From Chlorokybus atmophyticus (Eukaryota > Plantae > Mesostigma and Chlorokybus algae): a stretch of DNA of 64,000 nucleotides. The translations under genes and the position numbers were made by a program. The notes below the pieces were generated by a model. It did no database searches, had not been told where the DNA came from, and saw nothing but the letters and a program-made list of their open reading frames with translations. Shown piece by piece: positions 25,544 to 37,269 of this stretch; positions within the stretch are counted from its first letter, which is position 1, and the number at the start of each line of letters is the position of its first letter. The stretch covers positions 1 to 64,000 of the forward strand of contig RHPI01001442.1 in the NCBI GenBank assembly GCA_009103225.1. The letters run 5' to 3'.

Positions 25544-27237
25544 TCAAAGTGACAAAAACTTCAACTGCTGCTGCTGCAGCTGAGGCGGCGGCGCCAGCAT
25601 TGGGAGAGGCTGAGCTGGCTGTGGTGTTGCGGCAACAGCGAGTGCCGAAGCGGGTGTTCCATTTGCTGAAGGACGTCTGTCACGTGGAACTGGGGGAGCA
25701 GTGTTGAAGCAGGTTCTCCACAACTGATCCAGCTGCCACCTCTCATCTTCAACAGCATCATAGTCATCGTCACCCAAACTGGCTATCGCACGCATACGTC
25801 GCTCAAGCAGCTCAGACAACCCACTCTGCTGCTTGACAGTGCTTGCTGCTTCACTTCCACTCTCTGCAAGTGCAGCGAGCACCATGAGCGCAGCCAATCG
25901 CACATCGCTGTTGTCGCTAGAGACCGCTGCAATCACAGATGGCATGATTCCAAGCTCCAACACACGCGCGGCATAGGACGAATCGTCGGCGATGAGGTAG
26001 TGCAGCAGCTGCAGCCCTTTGCGCTTCAATCGCAAGTCATCATTGTCAACAGCACCGCGCAGCCACAGTATTCCGTTCTCGTTGCGGAAGGTTAACAGCC
26101 CGTGCGGGTTGGAGCGAATCAAGCAGGAGACAGCTCCAAGAGCCCTCGTACGCACCAATGCATCCGGGTCCTGGCTGACAACTGCAAGGAGCTGAGGAAG
26201 CGTGTTGGCCTCCATAGCCAACTCTTGCACCTTTGGATTGTTCTGCACCAGTGTGCTCACCACCTGAGCATGTCAGCACACGGGTAAGTATGTAGACACG
26301 TAAACCCATGCAGCAAACGGAACCCAACACCACTACACACAAGGTCACAACCACAAGGAAAAGGTATAACAGCAACACCTGCATGGATACACCACTGGTT
26401 GTTGAGACGAAACCGCAAATGTAACTCACCTGTGCAGCGCGCTGCCTTACGGATGGATGTGCCGACTTCAGCTTGGCCAGCAAGGGTGGATACCCTCCGA
26501 CTGTGAAAAAGTCCTTAGCGAAGTCAATCTGCATCACGATATCCTCCAACTCCTCCATCAAAGACTCAAAATCCTCCACCACGACTTTGTGTTCACTCAT
26601 GAGAACGTCTTCTGGTATCTGCACAGAATCATGACTGCTTAGGTATGTGCTAGGCTATTTGCTGCTGCTGGTAAGTGCACCGACCGAGACTGGATTGCAA
26701 TGGCAACAGTTAGCGTTGGCTGGTCACTTCACTGAGTCATCAATGAAACGGAAGGTAAAGTAATACATGCTTGCATGTCCACAGGTGCATGCATGCATGT
26801 CTAGCGCTAGACGCAGCTTGCCAAAGTATAGGGTGGTTTGGGACTGCATGTACCACACAACCCTTCAGCGGTTGGTAGCAGTTGCCACCTCGAGTACCAC
26901 ACCCATACACATGCGTCTCCGCGCTAATCGACCGTACGGGCCTTCACCAGACCTCCCGCATGAACAGACTAGACAACAGCTTAACCGTGTCTTGCATGCT
27001 TTATGAAACACGCAAGACAGCGCAGCCGATGATGGGACCACACACCTGAAGCACGGACACGAGCTCCTTCAAGCGCTCAACAGGATCCAAGACGTGCGCC
27101 TTGATGGCCTCGCCAAGCCATGCCCTCTCCTCTGGCGTGGCTTGCCCAACGGCAGAGGAGGGCCCGTCCCGCTGCTGGGCCAGAGACCACTTCAACAGCC
27201 CCTCCCACTTGGGCACATCGGTCGCAGGCGCAGCCAT
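25544..27237 (-). CDS. FES1: Hsp70 nucleotide exchange factor Fes1/HspBP1 (ARM repeats), 3 exons
   Basis: N-terminal PKWEGLLKWSLAQ, LDPVERLKE, QIDFAKDF..VGGYPPLL, QNNPKVQ, RTRALGAVSCLIR. GT-AG junctions in phase. Confidence 0.9.
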
Positions 27238-27881
27238 CGTGTGTGAGCTTTCCCTCTCCCTCTCTCCCGCACGACAGCTTACCGGACCAGACCAGACCAG
27301 ACCAGACCAGACTAACAGCACGCCTGTAACCCTGCTCTACCAGCTCGCCGAGCTCCTCAAGAAAAAGCTCGCATAACCAGTAGCTCCGCAATATCTACAG
27401 CCAACCAGCTCGCAAGGTCGCACGCGTGGCCGCCGCCGCCACCGCTACTGCCGCCTTCACCTATGCCCGCAGCTGCATGCACAGCTAGCATCCTGGAAGC
27501 AGATTCCAAACTTCCAGGCACGGCGAACCTGCTAGAAGCTTCCGTTACAATTTCTTCTCTTCCTGGCCGACAGTAGGGTCTGTCAGAACCTGCGCCGACA
27601 GTCGACAGGTGTATTGCATACGGATTCTGTGCCGACAGGTTTACTGTTAGGGCGGGAGAGTGATCTGTCCTGCTGTGTCAGCAGTGCGTCCCAATGCAGG
27701 CGGAGGCAGTGGTGCAGGCGGCGGCGGCGGGGGAGGCGGCGACGGGGAGGGTGTTGGGAATGCGGCGGCGCAGACGGAGGCGAAACGAGCAGGTGGGGAT
27801 GGTCAAGTGCGCTGCGTGAGGTGCAGGAGACAGCCGCTGGGTTGGGTTGGGAGCTCAGTGCATAGGCAGGGGTAGGCAGCC

Positions 27882-30800
27882 ATGCAGGCGTCGGCGCTAT
27901 CGGCGAGGAAGGGCGCCTGGTGTCCCCGGCTGCAGGCTCGGGCCGTGTTTACGGCGCCGGGGGCAGCCTCCTCGTGCTCGTCGTCGTCGGCAAGCACCAG
28001 CGCCTTTGCGGCGTCCACGTCGGCGAGAACTTGGGGCGCAGCGGAATTCCCCCATCGCAGACGTGCGAAGAAGGCGACCGCTTATACCACGACCATTGTC
28101 CCAAATCATGGCGCTCGCATGGTCGTCTTGGGGCTGGGTCACATTCTGGCATTTGGTCTTGCCAGCTGGCGGCTTGTAGGCGCAAGATGCCCGGCACTGC
28201 TGTCGCTGCTGCCATCTGTACCTACTTACCTGAACTTGAGAAGGTAGGGTTGAGACACACCAACAGTGCGTTGAGTTGCATTGTGCGCCGTTGCACGAGT
28301 AGCCAATTGCGGTTACAACCACCATGCAGTCCTCATTGTGAAGTTGCATGCATGGTTTCTTGGTTGGAGGTGCCGTCCAACATGCATGCAATAAATCCAG
28401 CACACAAGCAATCCCTGTCAAGAGCGCCAGTTGACCAGTGCTTTAGGGTACAGTACCTGGTTCGTTTTGATTAAGATTGCCTGCTCAGTTCGGGGCTCGG
28501 TTGCCCTGAGGTCTCCAATAATGCATGTTTCAAACATTACAAGTTGTGCAGTTTCTTGAACGCCCAGTGGTCCGGTCCAAGCACCCTAAGCTGACGGGTG
28601 GCATGGACAAGATACTTTGCCATTGGTCACATGGCTGGATAGGCACTACACATGCATTGCTTCAACACTCGGTGCTGCGCCAGAAACGCGCAATTTGTTT
28701 GCATTGCCACAGGCACAGATTGAGGCCTGGCATCAGCATACGCAGTCTGCACAAGGTGTATTGGGAAGGATACTGATACTTCGATTCTTGCAGACGGTCT
28801 TTCCATGTTCGCCAAGCGTCAGATCCGCATTGCATTTTTCCAGACTCACTGGACCTCCCTTTGCCGCCGCCAACAATGCCCGGCCCTCGCCGACAGCCTC
28901 ATCGCCGTCGAGGAGTGCCACAAGCTTTCCCCTGGGATTTGCCAGGTGTGCACCGCAACTCCTCGCTGTATTTGGTACTGACAGCGTGCAGCGTGGTAGC
29001 CCAAGCAACATTTGAACACTGTTATAGCTGCGAGAGGTTGCAGTTCTTCACTTGTTACAGCGCTCAACAGCTATTGTTTGTCTGGCTCAGGCCATCGCGG
29101 CAACCGGCGAGCTTCAACACGGCGCAACGGACAGCGGCGCAGCAACCGCCCCGATGCTAACTTGATAGTGGCTTCTGATTCACCGCGAGACCTGCCAGAT
29201 GATGCGCCAGTAGCAGATGGGCAATTTGCTACGCCTGTTGATCTTGTCAAGGCTGTACAGAATGCAGCACAAATCTTCTTGACAGCACTGGAAGATGAGC
29301 CTAAATTGCGAGATGGACCAGGGTTCCTGCCCAATCCCAAATGGTTGGGATTTGATCGGAACAGCTGGATGAAAACTCTTGCCTACCAGGGCGCACTACA
29401 CGCGCTTATGCGAGCAGTTGTAGAACTGGTTGAACGCAGTGAGGGACGCGACAGAGACTCGCGCACAGCACTCTTACGCAGGTGCGTGTTGTGTTTAACA
29501 GTTGTTGTACGCTGGCAATTGCCTGTTCTGCTTGGCATGCTGACCTGCATTGCCAAACTCGCAGTTTGGGCCGACTATCAGTACCGCTGGAGACTGCTGT
29601 ACATGAGACATTATCCGCTCGCCGCCCTTCTGCACCTGCTTGGCTATGGGCTGGACCACATCCAGCAGCTGTTGATCTCTTGCGGGCAGCCTTGGAGACA
29701 GATCCTGTGTACACTGCCGCTATACAAGCTCAAACTGCCATGTACGTGTTATCTGTACTATTCCGTGTTGTTAGGTCACAGCTATACTTTGAGTACAGAT
29801 GCGGAATGGAAAGCCAAACATACATTGCTGCTGTTGCAGCTTGTGCCGCAGCTGATCAACCGTGTTATGGTTGTGCATGCAGCACAGAGAGGTGGCGCAT
29901 TGTTGGTGGTCAGCCACAGCAGCAACAAGTCCCCAGGACAGGGGTCGGCGCAAATAAGGCTGGGGATGCCGCCCTGTTGTCTTTGGGTGTGCGCGCTTTG
30001 GGCACGGCAAGAGCACTAGGGCAAGCATCTGTGTCATGTCCACCATTTTCCCTGACACTCACGGAGGAGACATCTCGACTCTTGACCTTGCTACTGTCTG
30101 TAGAGTCCATGGAGGTATCTCCACTCATGCTTGCTACATCAACAGTTCATACAGTTGCCCGCGTTATATAAGGTGCCGCCCAGTGGTTGTTTCACTCACT
30201 GCGTTGTTGCTGTGCAGGTGGTGTATGCGCAATGTGAGAAGGCCGATCTCCGCTCTGTGTTCTTACAACAGTTTGCTTCGAGGGCCGGTTTTGCCAGCAG
30301 CACTGAAGGCACTTCAGCAGAGCGGTCTTTTTGGGTGAAACTGGTCATGCAACAGCTGACCGATGCAATACGGCGGGAAGGCATTCTAACTGGCCTGCCT
30401 GAGGACGTGCAAGCTGAGGATTTGGCAGTATTTGGATTCTTCGCGTATCTCGGACGCAGTGCGAGGTTGTTCTTGGCACCTCGTGGTGCTGCGCACACAG
30501 ATGATGTCCTGGCCTCATTGTTGAGGTATGGTTTACATGCTTCTATAAGGCGGTTGCAGGCGGCTGAGGCGGCTCTGGCATGACATTGAGTTGCTTTGCT
30601 TGCTCAACTCACACTTCGCAGGTTCTGGGAGGGTGCCTTCGTGATTTACCATCAAGAAATGCAAGCGCTTGCCAACTTCCAGCTGTTTGTTGAAGTCATA
30701 TCAGAAGAGTTGGAGTGGCTCCCACTGTTCGAGCCGACAGCGGAGAAGGTGTACGATGATGACGAAGGCTTACCTGACAGTGCGCGAGCTGGCAAGAAGA

Positions 30801-32593
30801 ATACCAGTGGTTGGGATGACGAGGTGGAGAACATGCAGATCTCAGAAAACGCCATCACCACAGCCATCCAGACCTGCAGGCAATGGCTTGGGGACTTCTC
30901 ATCCAGCTGTGACTACATAAAGGACCATAAAACTTCTCCTGCAGCTGTCTTTATTCGCGACAGCGAACGCTGGATGCAGGACTGCAGGTCCCTACTTGTG
31001 TTGCGAGTGAGCGGGTTGCTGGCGGGAAAAGTGGCTGGTGTTGGGCGAGGCTTCAGCCGCATGCTCAATGCTGCCAGTCAGGTACGTTTGCATGCAAGCA
31101 CCACCTCAATAGTAGCCATGCGCGTGACATGCAGTAGTTCACATTGCTTGTGCTCTGTTTGCATGAACGCTTGACCATTTGTTGTCTTCAGGCGGATTCT
31201 GACTCGGATAGTGACGATGGGGAAGACACTCAGGAAGCAGAGGATGCTGGAGAAGCCTCAACATCTTCACCATCTTGGGATGCAAATCCTGAAGTTGTGC
31301 AGTTGGCGCAGAAACAACAGAATCTGCAAAACCTTGAACGGCAGCTTGAGGCCTTTGACGATGAGCTCCGTGGTGTTGAAAAAGTGATCAGCAAGTTGGA
31401 GTCTGTGTTGAGCAGCTCTTCAAGCACCTCTAGCAATGGCACAGCAGCCACAACAGAGCGCGCGCTTGATGACAAGCTGTCAACGGCCAGCTCGCAGTTG
31501 CAAATTATACGCAATCTGGTTCTAGATGTTAGGGCGCTTGAAGGAGCGCTGCGGGCAAAAGCAGTGGTGGCTGGTGCAGCGGTTGAACAAGGCATTCGGC
31601 AGGCGACAGAGCAGCAGCGACGCCGTCGGCACCGACGCAAGCGCAAGCAGCAGAACGATTTTGTCCTTTCCTGGTTGAGACCTCCGAAGCGGGATGACGA
31701 TGATGTTGGGACAGAAGCGGCAGAAGCAGGCACAAGCGAGCAGGATGGGAGTAGGGCAGACAACAGCAGCAGTAGCTATAACACGGTACTTGTGGTGGCA
31801 GTGGTGGCTTCCGTTCCGAGCTGCATGTAACCACTGCATCTCATTGCTAATGGCAATCTGCTTGTCTGGCAGGAGGAAGTGGTGTCTGAGTCTCGCCTTC
31901 AGACGAGAACACCTTCAAGTAGTATGGTGAGTAAGCAAGACAAGCCGTCAAGCCCCGGTGTGCGCGACTACTTTCAGCGCTCCTTAGAGCAGCTGAAGGA
32001 GGGAGGGCAGCACTACTGGCGTGGCACTCAGTTGCTGGCAACAGATGTGGCAGGCATGTTCTGCAAAGCTTGTGAACGCTTTCATGTGCTTTGCTATGTT
32101 TTCCTTGCAACCCCAAGCTGAAGGCGTCACAGTATCCCTTCTGAATTGTGGTGCTCAGGTGCCGCTGCACTGCTCAAGCGTGGTGTTGCCGGTCAACACC
32201 TAACAGACCGAGAGAAGCGCAAGTTGAAGCGCACAGTTGGGGATGTAGCCAATGTCATCCCAATCGGTGTATTGATGCTTCTGCCTGTTACACCGGCGGG
32301 GCATGCCCTCATCCTGGCAAGCATTCAGAAGTACTTGCCTTGGTTGATGCCCAGCGCGTTCGCTGAAGAGCGGTTGGAGGTGAGAACTTGTTGATGCCAA
32401 CTATTCCGCGCTATGCCGAATTTAGCTGACATGCAACCCTATGCAGATGATTAAGCGCCTCGAACAGATCAAGGCAATGCAGCCTATGCCTATTGAAGAC
32501 CAGCCCAGACCTGGCGACTCCACCAGCACCACCAACGGCACGCAACAGCTCACTCAAGGAGTTTCTCGGTCCGTTAGCCAGGGCAGTAGTTGA
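27882..32593 (+). CDS. Plant-type LETM1-like protein (organelle-targeted, C-terminal LETM1 domain), multi-exon
   Basis: Transit peptide. KWLGFDRNSWMKTLAYQGAL...GRDRD, VFGFFAYLGRS.RLFL, coiled coil, and C-terminal YWRGTQLLATDV...LTDREKRKLKRTVGDVANVIPIGVLMLLPVTPAGH. Stop at 32591-32593. Confidence 0.8.
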
Positions 32594-33289
32594 AAGACTC
32601 TCATGGCACCGACATGACAAGGAGTGCACGCTATCTCATGGTCTCTCTGAAAGCCGGTCCTGGACACAGGCATGGACAATTTCCTGTTTCACAGACAGGT
32701 GTGCCATCTTTCAGTGCCCACCATTTTTCGCATTGCTATAAGTAAACAATGCATTAGAGAAGATTGCTAGATCATGTAGGTTGTGACATTACGCTGTAAA
32801 TAGAGATCCCTTGTACAAACGGCGATGAAAAGCTCGCACCAGCTATGCAAATGCTGCAAATCCCTTTTACAAGAGCACCATTAGCAAAAGACGGCACATA
32901 GCTGCTAATCAGTGATAGTCATGTTAAGTATATGCTGAAGCTGATGCAGAACACTCGGCTGCTCGAGAGTAGAGCCAACAATTCGTCGGTATTGCAAAGA
33001 GTATTTGAAGGTGCCTTGTAGACATGTGCATCACAGGACAAACAAGGAAATCCAGTATCAGGTTACAAAGTTAGCATGAGCACATGGCCGCAGCCGTGCA
33101 GGAAGTGCCGACCGAGCGCATGCATGCATGTGGTGCGGAATGACAAAACCCTAAGACTGCAGAGCAGCAAACGGCATTGGTCAGAAGAGATGGTGGTGGT
33201 GGTGGACGAAAGGCGGCGAGGGAAGTCCGCTGGTCGTCGTAACGAGCTGTGGTAGTGGTGTCGGCACTCACATGAACGGCGATGTGCAG

Positions 33290-33420
33290 GTGACTCAACA
33301 TGCATGCATGCTGATCTAACGGGTGTCAGGGCAGATTTGAAGCTAGGTAGTGAGTTAGTCGCTGACTACGTGTAGCCCGGTGGTTGATAACCTTGGTGGT
33401 GATTGTTGATATGTGCATTG
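33290..33420 (+). repeat. Copy of dispersed degenerate repeat (CAG|GTRA...GCATGCATG..CTAACGGG...YAG|CCCGGTGGT)
   Basis: Same ordered motifs recur at ~57854, ~58348, ~58781 and ~60870. Confidence 0.7.
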
Positions 33421-33929
33421 CATTGGCATGTGTGCTGTGGATTGCATGTATGCACCACATTGCGTATCTTCTAAACAACAGGGGAAGCAACAACTCTCTG
33501 TTACCATTGTTATGCAAGTGTTGGCTGTTGGTGCTGCACCATGCCTAACCGCACACATCACACACAACCCTACATGCACATCCACACGTCACTATGCTAT
33601 GCGAGTCCGCCTCAGCTGTTGGAGGGCCTTGGGCCACAGGACCCCACCCTGGCACCAATGCTACAGCCACTGCTTCAAGATCGCCATTGCCTGTGCCCGC
33701 TGCAAGGCGCATGCCACGCGCTGACGGCAGATGCGGATGAAGCTCCCCAGGCCACGTGGCTTTGCTCCCCGTACTGTGAAAATCTGGCGCGCGCACAAGC
33801 GCAGCACGACACGCAACTGTGCTTGTGGCACACCTCATTGCGTACTTGGTACATAGCTGTCACAAGCAAATGGGCTGGCTCAAGCCCCTAGCAAGGCAAG
33901 CACAACACGTGTGCGGGGGTCGAAAACAT

Positions 33930-34273
33930 NNNNNNNNNNNNNNNNNNNNNNNNNNNNNNNNNNNNNNNNNNNNNNNNNNNNNNNNNNNNNNNNNNNNNNN
34001 NNNNNNNNNNNNNNNNNNNNNNNNNNNNNNNNNNNNNNNNNNNNNNNNNNNNNNNNNNNNNNNNNNNNNNNNNNNNNNNNNNNNNNNNNNNNNNNNNNNN
34101 NNNNNNNNNNNNNNNNNNNNNNNNNNNNNNNNNNNNNNNNNNNNNNNNNNNNNNNNNNNNNNNNNNNNNNNNNNNNNNNNNNNNNNNNNNNNNNNNNNNN
34201 NNNNNNNNNNNNNNNNNNNNNNNNNNNNNNNNNNNNNNNNNNNNNNNNNNNNNNNNNNNNNNNNNNNNNNNNN
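33930..34273. other. Assembly gap (N run)
   Basis: N bases. Confidence 1.
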
Positions 34274-37269
34274 GGAGGGGGGGGCATCGCCATAGGAATA
34301 AGTTATGAACTCGCTTGCAGTGCAACCACCCACACAGCTGCAGGTACTCACATTGAAGTAGGGAGCCCACGATTGTGCTATGCATAACCCACAAACATAC
34401 ATCACATAAGAGCACATATATTAAGCACAAGCGCTTGAGACAACAAGCAATCCTGCTCCTTGATGGCTTATTAACAACGCTTCCGACATGTATGACGCAT
34501 TTATAACCATGCTAATGGTGGCATTATTCTTGATGGTATCAATGTTGACATAATCTTTGGACGAGTTTTGACATCATTAGCATTAGTTGGCATTACACCA
34601 CATGCCCTTGTGGTATACGTTAACATCGGCGCCTGCTATGGCAATGAAAGTCGCTGCCATAGCAGAGCCACATGCATTATACATGTCCCATGTACATTAC
34701 ATATGGTATACGCACAAAGAGCGTTATACAACATAATTACGCCCAAAAATATAGCACTCAAGGTGGTGTAAATTGGCTATTTTCGACCTTCACAACAATG
34801 ACATTGCTTTAAAATACTGATTTCATGATTGTTTAAGCCTATAATGTTACGCTTGCATGCATATCATCTTGCATAGCGCAGAGTGATTGTATACACAAAG
34901 TCATATTATGTTAATGAATGAATGTTGTATCAATTCGCTATACACATTACACTGAGTGCAAATTGTTCAACTAGAATCCAATCAGTTGATGGTGACGCTG
35001 TGGGGCCCCTTTCAACGATCACAGTTGGGGGGCAGGCTGCTATCGAATTATTTATGAGTCACATCGCTATAACAAGGTTGGTGTAACACCGTCCATCGGT
35101 GTTAGGTTAACCAAGGAATGCAGCTGTGATGTCTGACTGAGCCCTGTTTAAGTTAACGGTGACAGCGCAAATGGGCTAGCCCTAACCTTGGAGCCCGCAT
35201 TGGCAGCGGCGGCGGCGGCGGCGTTGGTGCCCAGCAGCGTGGTGAGGGAGAAGGCTTCATCAGCTGAACACATACGCAGGTTGAAGGTTTACAGACTGCT
35301 GGGGACCGGCTGCATTCCTCCGATCTCTGCCGCTGGGGTTGTATACTATGCCGTACACTGGAAAGAGCCAGCTCGCTTTGGTAAGCCCAGACACCCTACT
35401 TCACGTCCCATTGTCGTGCAATGAATGCGGATGCAAAGCTAATGCAGATCATAGAACTACAAGGCTGTGCCTCCGCAGAGCACTGTTCAGGACTCACGGT
35501 TAGGGGTTACATGCAGTTGCTAGCCAAAGGCAGTACCTTTATTCCATGTTGAAAATCGTTCAGTTGCGACTTCTGTCTCGCCATGGAATAGCACTTAAAC
35601 ATGTCGCGTCCACCGAGTAGAAAGTTGATGTTGCAGCATGACGATGACAGTTTGCTACCAGAGCAACGATACCTTATACAACACTGTAGCCTACTGCTTT
35701 GCAGCATTCTACAGCTTTGCAGCAATCTTTCAATTTGATGCCATTCGAGCACACGGTCGGTTTATGCACGCATGTAGATCACTTCACTTGAGCCTGACAG
35801 GATAGGAGCTGGTCGAGTGTCTGCCGAGCTGAGGCTCAAGTGGAGCAACTGTCGACAGTTCCATGACATTGATTTGATTGCTAGTTTTGAACTATCATTT
35901 GTTCAGTATACCACCTGCTTCATGGATCTGCAGCGCATGGTCGTCTTAGCTTATGATTTTGCCTCTTGTTACAAGTATTACTGTTCATGAACTTCATGCT
36001 GCTTGCCGTCTATCGAGGCACACGTTGAATATGTATGGCGTTGTAATCTGCCCTTATCAACCCCTAGCAAGCAATGCTGCTACCCACCTGCTATGTGTAA
36101 TATCTGTAACTTATTGCCAACGTGCGTTGCAGGCGTGCAGGGTTAGCGCAGTGACCCTTGGACTGGTTTATGGCGCCTCAAAATACTCATGGCTAAAGGT
36201 ACAGCTAGCGGCACACTGCCAGTTCACCCCCTGATGACGTCTCCAGCATGTTTTGCAACTCACAGTTGTATTGTTGTGACTACATGGTACCTTGTGACAC
36301 ATGACAATTCCTGCCATGGTATCACCGCTTATCTGGCAAGGACATGTGTCTCACTGTAATGTGGTTTCATAGGGTAAAGTTGAGGCTGCCAAGAAGTCGG
36401 CAGCCAAAGCAGCAGCGAAAGCCCCGCCTGCCAGCCATCTAGCACCCGAGCACCATTGATGCAGCGATCATGCCGTGAGTATTGATTAGAAGTTCGGCGG
36501 CGGCCTTGATTGCCTTGCATTGCACCTCCATTGATGCACACTACGCAACGCGTTTGCGTTTGGGTTGTTCCACTACTGAATTTGTTGAGCGACATTAGTC
36601 ACTTGCTCTCAATGCTAGGATGAGCGCTAAATGATTCGTATTTTGTCCATGCTGTGTGTCCATTCGCATGTTGGATGTGAGCATGCAGGAGCGGGTGTAT
36701 CTGTGTGCATGCTGCTTGTCGGCTTTTTGGCTGGAGCAACTGTGCAACAATGTCTCAGCATATGTAGAGTATCTGTATGAGTTATCCAATGATGTATACG
36801 AAAACAGGATGTCCAAGAAAAGTATGTGTATAGCTGCGCCCATTAGTGGCATATGTAATTATTTGGTAGTGAGGCTTGAGATTCCACAGGGTAGCAACCA
36901 TGCAGCTGCAATTGACTTGCGTGCTGATGATGAATCTGATGGAGTCAGGGCAGACAATGGAGTCAGGGCAGCAGCTGCGAAGTATAGTTGTGGACTCCAA
37001 TGCGAAGCATCAGTAAGGTGCTTGCTTCAGGAAGTTCTTGCATAATAGATTGTAGAACAGCTCAAACCTATCATTCATGCTGCAGTTGCAAGTGCAAATC
37101 ACATAGCACCTGTCGCAAACCATGTGACCCATCCTGCTGCAATGTGCCCCAGTAAGCGTGCACATCACTTCGAGCTGATAGCATCATAGCATTGCAGTAA
37201 TAACAACAGCAGTTTGGAAAAGCAGCACAACAACCTCAAAGAACCCTTTGCGCAACATGGCAGCGTCCT

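Noticed and set aside
10362-25544. Functional gene cluster (GT29 + TBL, or PAM71 + CPOX)
   Set aside because: The neighbours are unrelated housekeeping genes. Adjacency alone gives no support without co-expression or synteny data.
28223-28232. U1 snRNA 5' end (tacttacctg)
   Set aside because: Only 10 nt match, inside a coding exon, with no U1 stem-loops or Sm site.
35188-36460. Small plus-strand gene or chromodomain-like ORF (GVVYYAVHWK)
   Set aside because: Every in-phase splice continuation tried hits a stop within a few codons, and no recognisable domain can be completed. Probably a decayed relic.
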